Source: Octopus bimaculoides
Taxonomy: Eukaryota
DNA length: 49,054 nt
Assembly (NCBI RefSeq): GCF_001194135.2
Contig: NC_069002.1
Location: 14,487,287-14,536,340, forward strand
Reading direction: 5' to 3'
In this document: piece by piece, positions 25,981 to 38,784 of the stretch
Layout: each line of letters opens with the position of its first letter
Numbering within the stretch: the stretch's first letter is position 1
Translations under genes and position numbers: made by a program
The notes under the pieces: generated by a model
Seen by the model: the letters and a program-made list of their open reading frames with translations, nothing else
What the model was told of the DNA's origin: nothing
Databases searched by the model: none

Positions 25981-26241
25981 CAAATGATGTGTCTATGTGT
26001 ATGTGCTTGTTTGTGTAATACGTATGCATTCCTATATATATATATATGTAAATATGTGCATGTGTGTATATGTATNNNNNNNNNNNNNNNNNNNNNNNNN
26101 NNNNNNNNNNNNNNNNNNNNNNNNNNNNNNNNNNNNNNNNNNNNNNNNNNNNNNNNNNNNNNNNNNNNNNNNNNNNNNNNNNNNNNNNNNNNNNNNNNNN
26201 NNNNNNNNNNNNNNNNNNNNNNNNNNNNNNNNNNNNNNNNN

Positions 26242-26273
<32 letters not shown>

Positions 26274-27744
26274 TTTTTATATCGTTATAAATAAAAAAAA
26301 TTACAAGAAACGTAACCAAATTTGTTTATATATGCATTCGCTGCACAGAAATCGCTAAGATGTATTCAAGACCAATTAACGGGGGCAGAATCTATATAAT
26401 TTAAGAACCTACACGGCGGTGCTCCAGCTCGGTCGCAGTCCACAGACAGAAACAATTTAAAGGGGGAAGATAATAAACGGCACGAGCTTTGATGTCTCAT
26501 ATCATCTTACCGGAAGTTCTGTCACAAATCAACATCATTGCTACTGACATGATAAACGCATTTGTCTATAAGATTACACAATTCATTTACTTCTTTGAAC
26601 GCATACAATAGTGTTGGCTGAGTATCTTTGTACCAACTAATTTGATTAATTCGAACACCACAGGATGATTTGTAAGACTGCCTTGAAGAAGAATTTATGT
26701 TTATCTCTCACCATGTTTGCTTGGATTCTTACTTCGATGACCAAATATGTTGAGTTAATGAAGAAAATGTCAGGAAAATGTTATGTAAATGAATGAAGTC
26801 ACGAAGAATTAGTTTTATTTGCTTGGCAACACCTACAGACGCGAGGTGAAAATATGTTTATCTAATAGAAATACTTGTACTGTTAACGACCAAGTTTTTG
26901 AGCCAACGACAATGTCACACCGCGCTCGCTCGAACTGCTAAACATACCAGTCAAAATCACTTCCTGTGTTTTAATATAGGAAAGTGATGTGCAACCGCAG
27001 TGATGTAGCCTTCAGCAACAAAAACGTGATAATTACCGCGTAAGTGCTCTTCATCATTAGTTCTTGAATTTGCTTAATTAGTGCTAAGTAACAAAACGAC
27101 GACAACAACAATAACAACAACAATACGACGACAACAAAAACAACAACAATAACAACAACAGTAACAGGAAGCACAACAGTAACAACAACCACAACCTGGT
27201 TTTAATTGGGGAACAACTGAAAACTTCGCTTTTAGTATAGTCAGTCTCGAAAACGACAGGCTGTGGTGGACTGTTCCCATCCCTGAAACAATCAACAACT
27301 TTAACCCCCGGTTGATATTTCAAGTGACATAAGACATCTCATCATCAACTTCACTACGTTGTCAGCGTCTTTTTTTTTTGTTATCATTCCACGGAAGTTG
27401 CATAAACCAACTATAGTTCATGAGAATAATGTTGATTTATTGGGTCAAATATGTCAACATGTTGCTGTTTACTTAGTATTTGGTATACGGCACTAATATG
27501 TATAGTACTGTATAACAATTATTTACTGTTTTGATAATATATATATATATATATATTGAACTATACAACTAATACGCCTTTACAGTTACCGAAACATATT
27601 TTGTAACTATGTTTATAAGTTTGTTTTAAAGATAGATTGGATAATGCAGTCGTAAAGATATTAAATTATGGGATATTCGCGACGGGAAAGCTTTTGATTG
27701 TAAATAGGTTTCCAATATCACGGTACATTGAAGATAAACTAAAA

Positions 27745-27952
27745 CAATGATAATGCGTGAAAGTGTTAAGGGAAGGGTCCTAGTCGATTTACATTGACCC
27801 CAATGCTCAACAGCTGGCACTTATTTTAGCCACCCATAAGGAAGTAAAGTCTAAGTCGACCTCGGCGGAATTTGATCTCAGAACATTAAGATGGACGAAA
27901 CATCGCTAAGCATTTTGTTCGGCGTCCTAACAATTCTGCCAGCTCACTGTTT
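27745..27952 (-). mobile_element. SINE family B
   Basis: aagtcgacctcggcggaatttga.ctcagaac..gctaagcatttt..ttctgccagctcactg. Confidence 0.85.
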
Positions 27953-27961
27953 TACAACACC

Positions 27962-28195
27962 TACAACAACAACAACAACAACAACAATTACAACAACCCT
28001 TTCTACTATAGGTACAAAGCCTGAAACTTTGGGGGCAGGGGCTTGTAGATTAAATCGACCACGTTATGTAATTAGTACTTAATTTATGGACCCCGAAATG
28101 GATCAAAGGGAATTTGAACTCAGAACATCAAGATGGACGAAATACTGCTAAGCATTTTGCTCGGCGTCCATACAATTCTGCCAGCTCACTCCTTT
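27962..28195 (-). mobile_element. SINE family B, tandem second copy
   Basis: (ACA)n tail, ctttctactataggtacaaagcctgaaac, same head as the previous copy. Confidence 0.85.
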
Positions 28196-28329
28196 AAAAC
28201 AACAGCAGCAGTAACAACAACAACAACAATAACATATGAATAAATTAACCCAGCTTAAGAGAAATGCTCCAGAAAATGTGTTTCTAACCATAGAACTAAG
28301 AAAAGCATGTTAGACGATTAAATCCACTC

Positions 28330-28470
28330 CAACGGTACTTTATTTCATTAACTTCAGATGTTTGAGAGGTCGTACTGACCTCGGCTGGATTTGAACTCAA
28401 GACGTAAAGGAACGATACAAACCCCGCAAGGCAGGTGTTCTACGATTTGACGATAAGATGTCATAATACG
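28330..28470 (-). mobile_element. Degenerate SINE family B
   Basis: ggtactttatttc..gacctcggctggatttgaactcaagacgtaaag. Confidence 0.6.
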
Positions 28471-29316
28471 AGTTTTTTTTAATATTTCGGTCGGTTATTT
28501 GCTGCTCGGAACGAAAGAGCGAATTTGTTAAAGAATTTACCATTTTTGTTATTTGGAATCCACTTTCAAATAGTTTATTCTCTTCGTTTGGTACCATCTG
28601 GTTCTTAGAAATATTTTTGCAATTGCCTCTAGAAATGAGCTCTGCAGCATGCTTGCTGTGGCTGTTGCAACATCTCCTACTGATGCTTGAATACGAAGTA
28701 TACGGAGGGAAGAGAAAGAGTGGAGAGTTGGAGTTGTCAGTGATACAGAATTGATGCTGTTGGTGCCATTAGGCAGGACGTAATGGAAGCACCAGAGAGT
28801 ATGTATGTATGGGCTGGCTCATTAATAATGCACTCCAAAGAAAATGGTAAAGATAGTAATGGATTGATGTCAGGCCATGCAATGATGGAATGGAGATATT
28901 TCTGCTGACTGAAATAACAGAAGAAAGAATGCGTGGCGATTCTTAGAAATGGCAATTATGCCATAACGTTTGACATGTACCCATTGAGCAGGTTTCAAAG
29001 AAGAAACTATCTCAACAGACATCAGAAGAAGGAAGAAGGAAAGAATTATGGGAAGAATTTCGGTTTTATTTGGATGAATTCTTGTTTTTACTTGATTTAT
29101 TGGAAAAGGAAAATTTGAAGCATTTATTTGAATGCACACACACAAAACACACAAACACATGCAAACAGGCACAAACGCACACTCGCATATATGCACATGT
29201 ATACACACACGCATACACTAATACACACACACATGCACGAGTACACATACACACACATTATGTATGTATATGTGTGTGAATGCATGTATGCATATATATA
29301 TATATATATATATATA

Positions 29317-30007
29317 NNNNNNNNNNNNNNNNNNNNNNNNNNNNNNNNNNNNNNNNNNNNNNNNNNNNNNNNNNNNNNNNNNNNNNNNNNNNNNNNNNNN
29401 NNNNNNNNNNNNNNNNNNNNNNNNNNNNNNNNNNNNNNNNNNNNNNNNNNNNNNNNNNNNNNNNNNNNNNNNNNNNNNNNNNNNNNNNNNNNNNNNNNNN
29501 NNNNNNNNNNNNNNNNNNNNNNNNNNNNNNNNNNNNNNNNNNNNNNNNNNNNNNNNNNNNNNNNNNNNNNNNNNNNNNNNNNNNNNNNNNNNNNNNNNNN
29601 NNNNNNNNNNNNNNNNNNNNNNNNNNNNNNNNNNNNNNNNNNNNNNNNNNNNNNNNNNNNNNNNNNNNNNNNNNNNNNNNNNNNNNNNNNNNNNNNNNNN
29701 NNNNNNNNNNNNNNNNNNNNNNNNNNNNNNNNNNNNNNNNNNNNNNNNNNNNNNNNNNNNNNNNNNNNNNNNNNNNNNNNNNNNNNNNNNNNNNNNNNNN
29801 NNNNNNNNNNNNNNNNNNNNNNNNNNNNNNNNNNNNNNNNNNNNNNNNNNNNNNNNNNNNNNNNNNNNNNNNNNNNNNNNNNNNNNNNNNNNNNNNNNNN
29901 NNNNNNNNNNNNNNNNNNNNNNNNNNNNNNNNNNNNNNNNNNNNNNNNNNNNNNNNNNNNNNNNNNNNNNNNNNNNNNNNNNNNNNNNNNNNNNNNNNNN
30001 NNNNNNN
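29317..30007. other. Example assembly gap; most large N-runs (e.g. 1973, 8509, 11884, 20913, 24179, 26076, 29317, 32137, 40270) abut microsatellites
   Basis: Direct reading of the gap flanks. Confidence 0.9.
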
Positions 30008-30127
30008 ATATACCCATAATGTTTGACTAAATGCAGACAGAGCTGCGCATGTCGGCTCAGAAATATAAATACACTGAAATGCAGCTACGTGCTCTCATAC
30101 CTGTGTATGCCAAAGACACAAACATAC

Positions 30128-30160
<33 letters not shown>

Positions 30161-30314
30161 CAGAGAGAGATAAAGAGAGAGATAGAGAGAAAGCGAGGGA
30201 TAGAGTGAAGGAGGGAGAGATAGAGGAATAAAGAAGAATGTTCGTAATCTCGACAAACATCTACACACATAACTATACAAAAACATATTCACACACATGC
30301 TTTCTCACTTTCTC

Positions 30315-30370
<56 letters not shown>

Positions 30371-30789
30371 ACACACCCACACATACATGTATAAATGCAC
30401 ATACAGATGCATATAAAGATATAAACATACGCACGTTCATAATTACACACAAACACACACACACACACATACACAAACACTCACACACACTCGAAGTAAA
30501 ACACGCATATACGCCGGCATGCCGCAGACCGTACACAGTAGACATAAAAACACACACACACACGTAGGTGCTGCACCAATACAAGCGCATATGCATGCAC
30601 TCGTACATGCACACGCGTACACACACCTGCATACCACACAAACACACACACATACATGCTCGTAAAGAGTTACGTATATGCACACACATATACAGGCAGA
30701 TGTCGGTTTTAACAATATTAGCTGATGTGAAGAATGAGTGGACATTATGTGGCATTGATGGATAGGAAGGAAACGGAGTGGAGGGGGGA

Positions 30790-30995
30790 GAGAGTGGGAG
30801 GAAGGGTATAACATATAATACATGTGGTGGGAGGAGATAGGAAAGAATAGAGGTGGGGAGAGGAGACAACATACAAGTGGTGGGAGGAAACGGCATCAGG
30901 TAGATGCAGTGAAAGGAGATAACATTGTAGTGGTGGGAGGAGTCGACGTAGGCGGGGGAAGGAGGTGATGTTATTCGACAGAGGTAGGAGGCGAC
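30790..30995. repeat. Degenerate G-rich minisatellite, 53-bp period
   Basis: gtggtgggagga at 30824, 30877 and 30930, each preceded by aacat; a possible fourth unit near 30981. Confidence 0.7.
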
Positions 30996-31950
30996 AAAGA
31001 TTGGTGTTCGGATGGAAGAAAGAAAGAGAGTGAGTAGTATCAGTGAGGAGGAAGGGATGGAGGAAGGGCAGCGGTAAGGGGCATAATGAGGTTTTAGCGT
31101 CTTATAGGAAGGGGGAGAAGGGAATAGAGCGGCATTACTATAAGACATAGAGTGGTATTTGTTGATTGTGGTGATGGGAAGCGTTAGTATAGAATTAGTG
31201 AAGAATTCGGCTCATAGCATGGTGCTGATGGATTGGAGGGACGCGATGAATTTAATGGAAGAACATTTATTGGTTGATTGGAAATTGAAGTTTCACCTTT
31301 AACGGAAAATTTAACCAGACTTGCTGAATAAGCTGATAGAGGCGAAGTCCCAAAGCAATATTATATACATGTGCATATACATATGTGTGTTTTTGTTTGT
31401 TTTGTTTCTGTGTGTGTGTGTTAGTGTATGTTAGTTTCAAGAGGTGACCAAATTAATTCCACACATTTAATTTCTAATCCCCGTTCTCACAAGCCGTCGT
31501 CTCCTTGTTTGGGGAATTTTACTTGTGTACGGTGACCAAATTTTTATTCGTTTAGGTTAGAGCGATTCTAAAGAATTAATTGAATTTCTACTGCAGATTT
31601 CAAAACTTCTTTACAATCCTGACTAAGAAAACATTAATTCTATCATTACGGAACATTTTCTCCAATTTTGTTTACCTTTCTCTGGTGTTAATTTGCCAGA
31701 ATTGCCATCGTTTACAAACGGGTATGGTTCTTCATAGTTAGTCTAATTACTTAACACACTCAACTTCATATCCACTCAATTATTCTGCACGTTTTTCATT
31801 CTTTTTCTTTATTCCTCAATTATTTTAATTGTCCGAATTCTCGTCGAAAATAACGTCCATTAAACAAAGAAGGATTTCTTGCCAAAACAATACTGTTTGA
31901 ACTAATTTATTTTGAAAATGAATATTTACACTTTAAAAATATTTTCCGGG

Positions 31951-31986
<36 letters not shown>

Positions 31987-32595
31987 CGTGTGTATACACA
32001 GACACACATATGCGCGTACACACACAAACACAAACACAAACACAAACACAAACAAACAAACAAACACAAACACAAACACACACACACAAACACGCGCGCA
32101 CACACACACACAAACACACACACACACGCACACACANNNNNNNNNNNNNNNNNNNNNNNNNNNNNNNNNNNNNNNNNNNNNNNNNNNNNNNNNNNNNNNN
32201 NNNNNNNNNNNNNNNNNNNNNNNNNNNNNNNNNNNNNNNNNNNNNNNNNNNNNNNNNNNNNNNNNNNNNNNNNNNNNNNNNNNNNNNNNNNNNNNNNNNN
32301 NNNNNNNNNNNNNNNNNNNNNNNNNNNNNNNNNNNNNNNNNNNNNNNNNNNNNNNNNNNNNNNNNNNNNNNNNNNNNNNNNNNNNNNNNNNNNNNNNNNN
32401 NNNNNNNNNNNNNNNNNNNNNNNNNNNNNNNNNNNNNNNNNNNNNNNNNNNNNNNNNNNNNNNNNNNNNNNNNNNNNNNNNNNNNNNNNNNNNNNNNNNN
32501 NNNNNNNNNNNNNNNNNNNNNNNNNNNNNNNNNNNNNNNNNNNNNNNNNNNNNNNNNNNNNNNNNNNNNNNNNNNNNNNNNNNNNNNNNNNNNNN

Positions 32596-32945
32596 CGTGC
32601 CTATCCTCACCTACAGTCATGAATATCCGAAAAGATACGATCGCGAACACGTGGCCGAAATAGGGTTCTTTCGAAGGGTCTCTGGGGTAAAGTTATTTGA
32701 CAGGATGTGTAACTCGAATATCAGGGAGTCTCTCTCGGTCGAGCCGTAACTTCTCTGCAGTGAGGGGTCATGGCTCTGGTACTACGAACATGTAATTAGA
32801 ATGGCGCTGGAAAGAATTGCGAGATGGCTTCTTCAAGCCTTGCCAACAGGCGGGAGACCTAGAGTTGAGCCCAGGAACGAAATGTGTGAATTAATATCCA
32901 TAGTCTCTGTTGGTCACGCTTGAGATTTAGTTCAGTTCCCCCGAA
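32596..32945 (+). mobile_element. RTE-clade LINE, decayed fragment C-terminal to the RT domain
   Basis: VPILTYSHE..AEIGFFRRVSGVKLFDRMCNSNIRESLSVEP*LL..WYYEHVIRM..LPTGGRPR resembles the RTE/Expander ORF C-terminus (LTYGHE..AEMxFLRRVAG..IREELGVEPLL..WFGH..RM..GRRPRGRP); in-frame stop. Confidence 0.85.
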
Positions 32946-32981
32946 ATTGCTGGCCTTTTGCCAATGTTGTTGTTGTTTTCC

Positions 32982-33029
<48 letters not shown>

Positions 33030-33180
33030 GACAGAATTGTCAGCATGGCGGACAAAATGCTTGCTCATCTTTACGTTCTGAGTTTAAATTTCACTTTGGG
33101 GGTCGATGAAATAAGTATCACTTGCTCCCTCCCACAAAGTTTCAGGCCTTGTGCGTATAGCAGAAAAGGATTATTGACAA
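33030..33180 (+). mobile_element. SINE family B, internally deleted, downstream of (TTA)n
   Basis: gttctgagtttaaatttc..ggggtcgatgaaataagtatc..aaagtttcaggccttgtgcgtatagcagaaaaggatta. Confidence 0.75.
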
Positions 33181-33252
33181 TTTGTCACCCAATACAGAGA
33201 GAAAATGCTCTGGCGTATTTAGTCATCTGTCAAGTCACAAGGACTGATGTTT

Positions 33253-33318
<66 letters not shown>
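33253..33318. repeat. (CTA)n microsatellite
   Basis: Direct reading. Confidence 0.95.
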
Positions 33319-33319
<1 letters not shown>

Positions 33320-34512
33320 GTCAACTCTGTTCAGCCGATCTACGATCAACCTCATTCCGGCCATGATCACTATTCTGTGACAATTTTTCTTGGCACAGTC
33401 TATTCAGATTCGTATCGTCTTACGTGCCCTTTCATCACACCTCAGAAGATGAGTTACGATTTGAGAGCGCGATCTGGTTGCTATTTCTAGCGGGCTGAGC
33501 GATACCCAGGTCGGTTTGTCAGTCATCTTCATAATGGTCCATGCAAGCCATCCATTGTTAAGGGATGGCGTTTTGTGTATCCACATTTATGATGAATTTC
33601 TGCAAGATTTCGGTGTAAAATTTCACTAGAAAGCAACTGAAATTGATGACGTACTTATACCTCCCCAAAGATTCTTTACTTTGTGGATGATCTAATGATT
33701 CTCTGTCAACAAAAATATTACATTTTTTAAGAAAAATATTGAGATCTACCTTACTCTGTATGGAAGATTTGTTTTGGATTCCTCGAGGCTATTTATCAAT
33801 CGTATCATGACAATGGAACTGCGGAGAATGGTTACCAAGGAAGCAAACATATGTATAACTGTGTGTGTGTGTGTGTGTGTTTGTGTGTGTGTTTGTGTGT
33901 GTGTGTGTCTGTGCGTGTGTGTAAGTGTACGCGTGGGAAGGGAACACACACACTCTCTCTCTCTTTCTCATTCTCTCTCTATATATATTTGATATAATTG
34001 TAATAATAATAATAATGATGATGATAATAATAATAATATTAAGAAGAACAATAATAATAATAGTTATTAATAATAATGATAATAATAATGATAATAATGA
34101 TGATGATGATGATGATGAAAATAATAATAATGCAATATAATAATATGATTGTTTTATGAAAATAACGAGTTTTTGTCACAGGTGCGCCTAACGAGGGGAA
34201 CATTTGAAGAACAATTTGCTATATTTGTAAGAAAGATGAAAGGGAGAAGAGAGGGAAATGAGATAAAATAATGCATAGACAATAAAATATGTGAACGATG
34301 GAATGGTGCAGTTCTCTTCATATAAGAGAGTGTCCGATTCAAGTCAGTCAAAAAACTGCACAAACCCAGAATCACTCTGAGCACCAAGGGACAATTAATA
34401 TCTGAACGGTTGCATTACAATCTACAGGCACATTCTTAGAATAGTTTCATTCATCTTAACCTTTTTAACCACAGTCGCTCATGCATTTACAAATTCTGTG
34501 ATGGAGAGAGGT

Positions 34513-34894
34513 GGAAGCGCAATGGCCCAGTGGTTAGGGCAGCGGACTCGCGTTCATAGAATCGCGGTTTCGATTCCCAGATCGGGTGTTGTGAGTGTTT
34601 ATTGAGCGAAAACACCTAAAGCTCCATGAGGGTCCGGCAGGGGATGGTGGCGAACCCTGCTGTACTCTTTCACCACAACTTTCTCTCACCCTTATTTCCT
34701 GTTTCTGTTGTGCCTGTAATTCAAAAGGTCAGCCTTGTCACACTGTGTCACGCTGAATATCCCCGAGAACTACGTTAAGGGTACACATGTCTGTGGAGTG
34801 CTCAGCCACTTGCACGTTAATTTCACGAGCAGGCTGTTCCGTTGATTGGATCAACTGGAACCCTCGACGTCGTAAGCGACGGAGTGCCAACAAC
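34513..34894 (+). mobile_element. SINE family D, full length, tRNA-derived head
   Basis: A box tggcccagtggt (34523), B box ggtttcgattccc (34566), body, and a 3' end gtcgtaagcgacggagtgccaacaac shared with 7090-7264. Confidence 0.88.
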
Positions 34895-35138
34895 GGTGGA
34901 GAGAACTTCCCTCCCCACCTTCACTTTCCTTTCCAAGTCGAACTTGAAAAAGTTGATGAGGGCTTGACCAGAGGAGAAAGCGTATGTCCTCAATCATTTC
35001 AGCTTCGTTTACGACAATGATTTTTCGCCAGTTAGAATATAGTTATGACTGTTGTTTTTAGCAGGTCGAGGAACCAAATATTCTGTAAATTTTATCTTGG
35101 TGAATGGCAGGTTAAAACTAATTCAATTGGTGCTTAAT

Positions 35139-35362
35139 TACTCTTTACTCTCTTTTACTCTTTTATTTGTTTCAGTCATTTGATTGCGGCCATGCTGGAG
35201 CACCGCTTTTATAGTCGAGCAAATCGACCCCAGGACTTATTCTTTGTAAGCCTAGTACTTATTCTATCGGTATCTTTTGCCGAACCGCTAAGTTACGCGG
35301 ACGTGAACACACCAGCATCAGTTGTAAAGCGATGTCGGGGGGACAAACACAGACACACAAAC
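35139..35362 (-). mobile_element. SINE family A, right arm and tail, cut by an N-gap at its internal microsatellite
   Basis: Near-identical to 9660-9870 and 18985-19195. Confidence 0.9.
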
Positions 35363-36280
35363 NNNNNNNNNNNNNNNNNNNNNNNNNNNNNNNNNNNNNN
35401 NNNNNNNNNNNNNNNNNNNNNNNNNNNNNNNNNNNNNNNNNNNNNNNNNNNNNNNNNNNNNNNNNNNNNNNNNNNNNNNNNNNNNNNNNNNNNNNNNNNN
35501 NNNNNNNNNNNNNNNNNNNNNNNNNNNNNNNNNNNNNNNNNNNNNNNNNNNNNNNNNNNNNNNNNNNNNNNNNNNNNNNNNNNNNNNNNNNNNNNNNNNN
35601 NNNNNNNNNNNNNNNNNNNNNNNNNNNNNNNNNNNNNNNNNNNNNNNNNNNNNNNNNNNNNNNNNNNNNNNNNNNNNNNNNNNNNNNNNNNNNNNNNNNN
35701 NNNNNNNNNNNNNNNNNNNNNNNNNNNNNNNNNNNNNNNNNNNNNNNNNNNNNNNNNNNNNNNNNNNNNNNNNNNNNNNNNNNNNNNNNNNNNNNNNNNN
35801 NNNNNNNNNNNNNNNNNNNNNNNNNNNNNNNNNNNNNNNNNNNNNNNNNNNNNNNNNNNNNNNNNNNNNNNNNNNNNNNNNNNNNNNNNNNNNNNNNNNN
35901 NNNNNNNNNNNNNNNNNNNNNNNNNNNNNNNNNNNNNNNNNNNNNNNNNNNNNNNNNNNNNNNNNNNNNNNNNNNNNNNNNNNNNNNNNNNNNNNNNNNN
36001 NNNNNNNNNNNNNNNNNNNNNNNNNNNNNNNNNNNNNNNNNNNNNNNNNNNNNNNNNNNNNNNNNNNNNNNNNNNNNNNNNNNNNNNNNNNNNNNNNNNN
36101 NNNNNNNNNNNNNNNNNNNNNNNNNNNNNNNNNNNNNNNNNNNNNNNNNNNNNNNNNNNNNNNNNNNNNNNNNNNNNNNNNNNNNNNNNNNNNNNNNNNN
36201 NNNNNNNNNNNNNNNNNNNNNNNNNNNNNNNNNNNNNNNNNNNNNNNNNNNNNNNNNNNNNNNNNNNNNNNNNNNNNNNN

Positions 36281-36338
<58 letters not shown>
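36281..36338. repeat. (GA)n microsatellite
   Basis: Direct reading. Confidence 0.95.
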
Positions 36339-36341
<3 letters not shown>

Positions 36342-37055
36342 CTATTTAAGCATCACCACGTCTCTCTGTCTCTCTCTCATACACACGCACACATATATAC
36401 GAAAAAGATGCATGCGTATCTATTTATGTATGTACGTATATTTATGTATGTACGTATGTACGAAAACATACCCCTTCTATCACTCTCTCTCTCTCTCTCT
36501 CTCTCGCTCTCTCACATACACACACATACACACACACGCACAGACACACACACACATGCATAAATGTATACAAACGTTCATACAAAAACACACGCGTGCG
36601 TGTGTGACTGACTGCAAATATTTGGAGTTGAAAACGGTGCGCAAAAAGAAAATAAATAAAAAAAATTGACGAAGTGTGCGGGTTCCAGCGAGAGAATGGC
36701 AAACTGTCTTGTACCGAATATTTAAATTTGTGAACTTAAAATATTCAATAATAAAAGGAAGTTCAGAAAGTAAATTTTCCTGAAAACTTCAATTTATAAA
36801 AAACCTCATTTGTATAGTAAATATTTCTTTCGGTAATTTAACATAGTTGATATATATCTGTAATTCAAAGAAACTTCAAGGTAATCCTAGCATGTTTAGC
36901 GTGCTANNNNNNNNNNNNNNNNNNNNNNNNNNNNNNNNNNNNNNNNNNNNNNNNNNNNNNNNNNNNNNNNNNNNNNNNNNNNNNNNNNNNNNNNNNNNNN
37001 NNNNNNNNNNNNNNNNNNNNNNNNNNNNNNNNNNNNNNNNNNNNNNCCGGTATAG

Positions 37056-37315
37056 ATAATAATAATAAATGCGCCCTTTTAAAGCCTAGCCAGGCTCATG
37101 GGCCCGGTTTCCCGGTTTCAATGGCGTATGTGTTCCCCAGCTGGACGGGACGCCAGTCCATCGCAGCGTTACTCATTTTTGCCAGCTGAGTGAACTGGAA
37201 CAAAGGGAAATGAAGTGTTTTGCTCAAGAACACAACGCGTCGCCCGATCCAGGAATTGAAACCACAATCTTACGATCATTGTGCTGACACCTTAACCACT
37301 ACACCACGCGCCTCC
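37056..37315 (-). mobile_element. SINE family C, full length
   Basis: Reverse complement: ggaggcgcgtggtgtagtggttaagg (A box), gtttcaattcc (B box), ttcttgagcaaaacacttc, gcgatggactggcgtcccgtccag, (TTA)n tail. Confidence 0.9.
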
Positions 37316-38186
37316 ACTTATACCGGTATACTATATCATGAAAGCGTCAAAGTTATACAGCTATTTTGTGTACTAGCATTCATTGATTCAATAAATATAT
37401 TTTACATAACGTGTATAGTATAAACTGTAGGATTTTCACATACCAAATTAAAACTTGAAATGAAAATATTGAAATGAATATATATTAAATTATCACTAAT
37501 GAAAATAGAGGCTAGAGCGAGCGACTGTTGCAAATAAAAACGAAACATTTCGCCTGCAATGAGTTAATATGGTTTATTAAATCTACTCCGCAGTGAATGC
37601 AACAAATATTTAAATTAGTGAAAAACTTCTAATTCACATTCAGTAAAGTTCAGAAATTGAAATGACGGGAAATTTCTTGGAAAAATTATAATAGAGAAAA
37701 TTTTCCAGACGGTCAAGCCTTTAGTAACTGCTTTCTTTTAGTAAATGCTACATACCTAATTAATAAGCAATTTCCTCCATTATGCGTTTCAGCAAATATA
37801 TATTTTAAAATTCGTTCTAAAATGTTGATAGCTTGCGTAAGCTTTTCACCACAAATTAATGACAGTTTTATCTTCACCACGCGGCACATAATAGCTTTAC
37901 CCGCCAAAACGCTATTCCCCAACTCGGATTGAACTAATTTAGTCAATCCTAGTTCACATAATAGTACATACTTCGGCACCGTGAAACAATTAGCTAATAC
38001 ATGCATTATAGAGCGTTATAAGATGTATGAGGTAAAAAATCACCACCAGGTATTTATACTAGACACGCTTTGTAAGGGTTTCCGTGAGAAATAGATAACG
38101 AGTTGAAGCAAGATTATTTTTCTCTCAGGTCGATAAAAAGGGGAATTCATCTGACGAGTGGCTGCCGTTTTTACCGTCCTTACGTG

Positions 38187-38702
38187 TATATGTGTATTTA
38201 TAGACCTACATATCCACACATCTTTTAAATCATAAAAAGCCGCAAAAATAACATGAAATATAAGATATAGTAAAGAGAGAATGAAATAGCAAGAAATATA
38301 TATTAATATCAGTAAGAGTAGCCAGCAACGGTGACAGTTTGTAATTCAATAAATCACACACTAATAAATTTGATCTTCTCATAACGTCGTTCAGTCGTTC
38401 TATTAATTAGTTGAATAATTAAAATTGCCAGCACTTGCACTGTTTCTGCAAACATGAGCAGATAAATTTTCTTCTGGCCAAGACTATGCATTTTCTAAAA
38501 GATTGTCAGCTGCTATTTTCAGTGTGATCAGGAACAAGTGAGCGATCTCTGATGAAGTTATACAAGTACTGGAATTAGTCAGGTTTAGTTCATTTTATGG
38601 CCACAGAGATAATAAATTTATATTTAGCAGATTTTCCGCTCTTTAAAGTCAAGCCAAAAATATGTTTACTAACAACGCAACTTTGTAAATTTACCATAAA
38701 TC

Positions 38703-38784
<82 letters not shown>

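Noticed and set aside
30369-31148. 259-aa Pro/Ser-rich ORF
   Set aside because: Product of a C-rich low-complexity tract plus a CA/TG microsatellite
34184-34228. 45-nt micro-exon candidate VRLTRGTFEEQFAIF
   Set aside because: Too short; resemblance to EF-hand or SNF2 motifs could be chance, and the donor context is weak
34513-34590. tRNA-like sequence (also 37240-37315 and family A heads)
   Set aside because: No complete cloverleaf or acceptor stem, and it continues into SINE bodies; these are SINE heads
37713-38006. 97-aa minus-strand ORF with VPKYVLLCELGLTKL, faintly LINE C-terminus-like
   Set aside because: Only one weak motif; no other LINE residues recognisable
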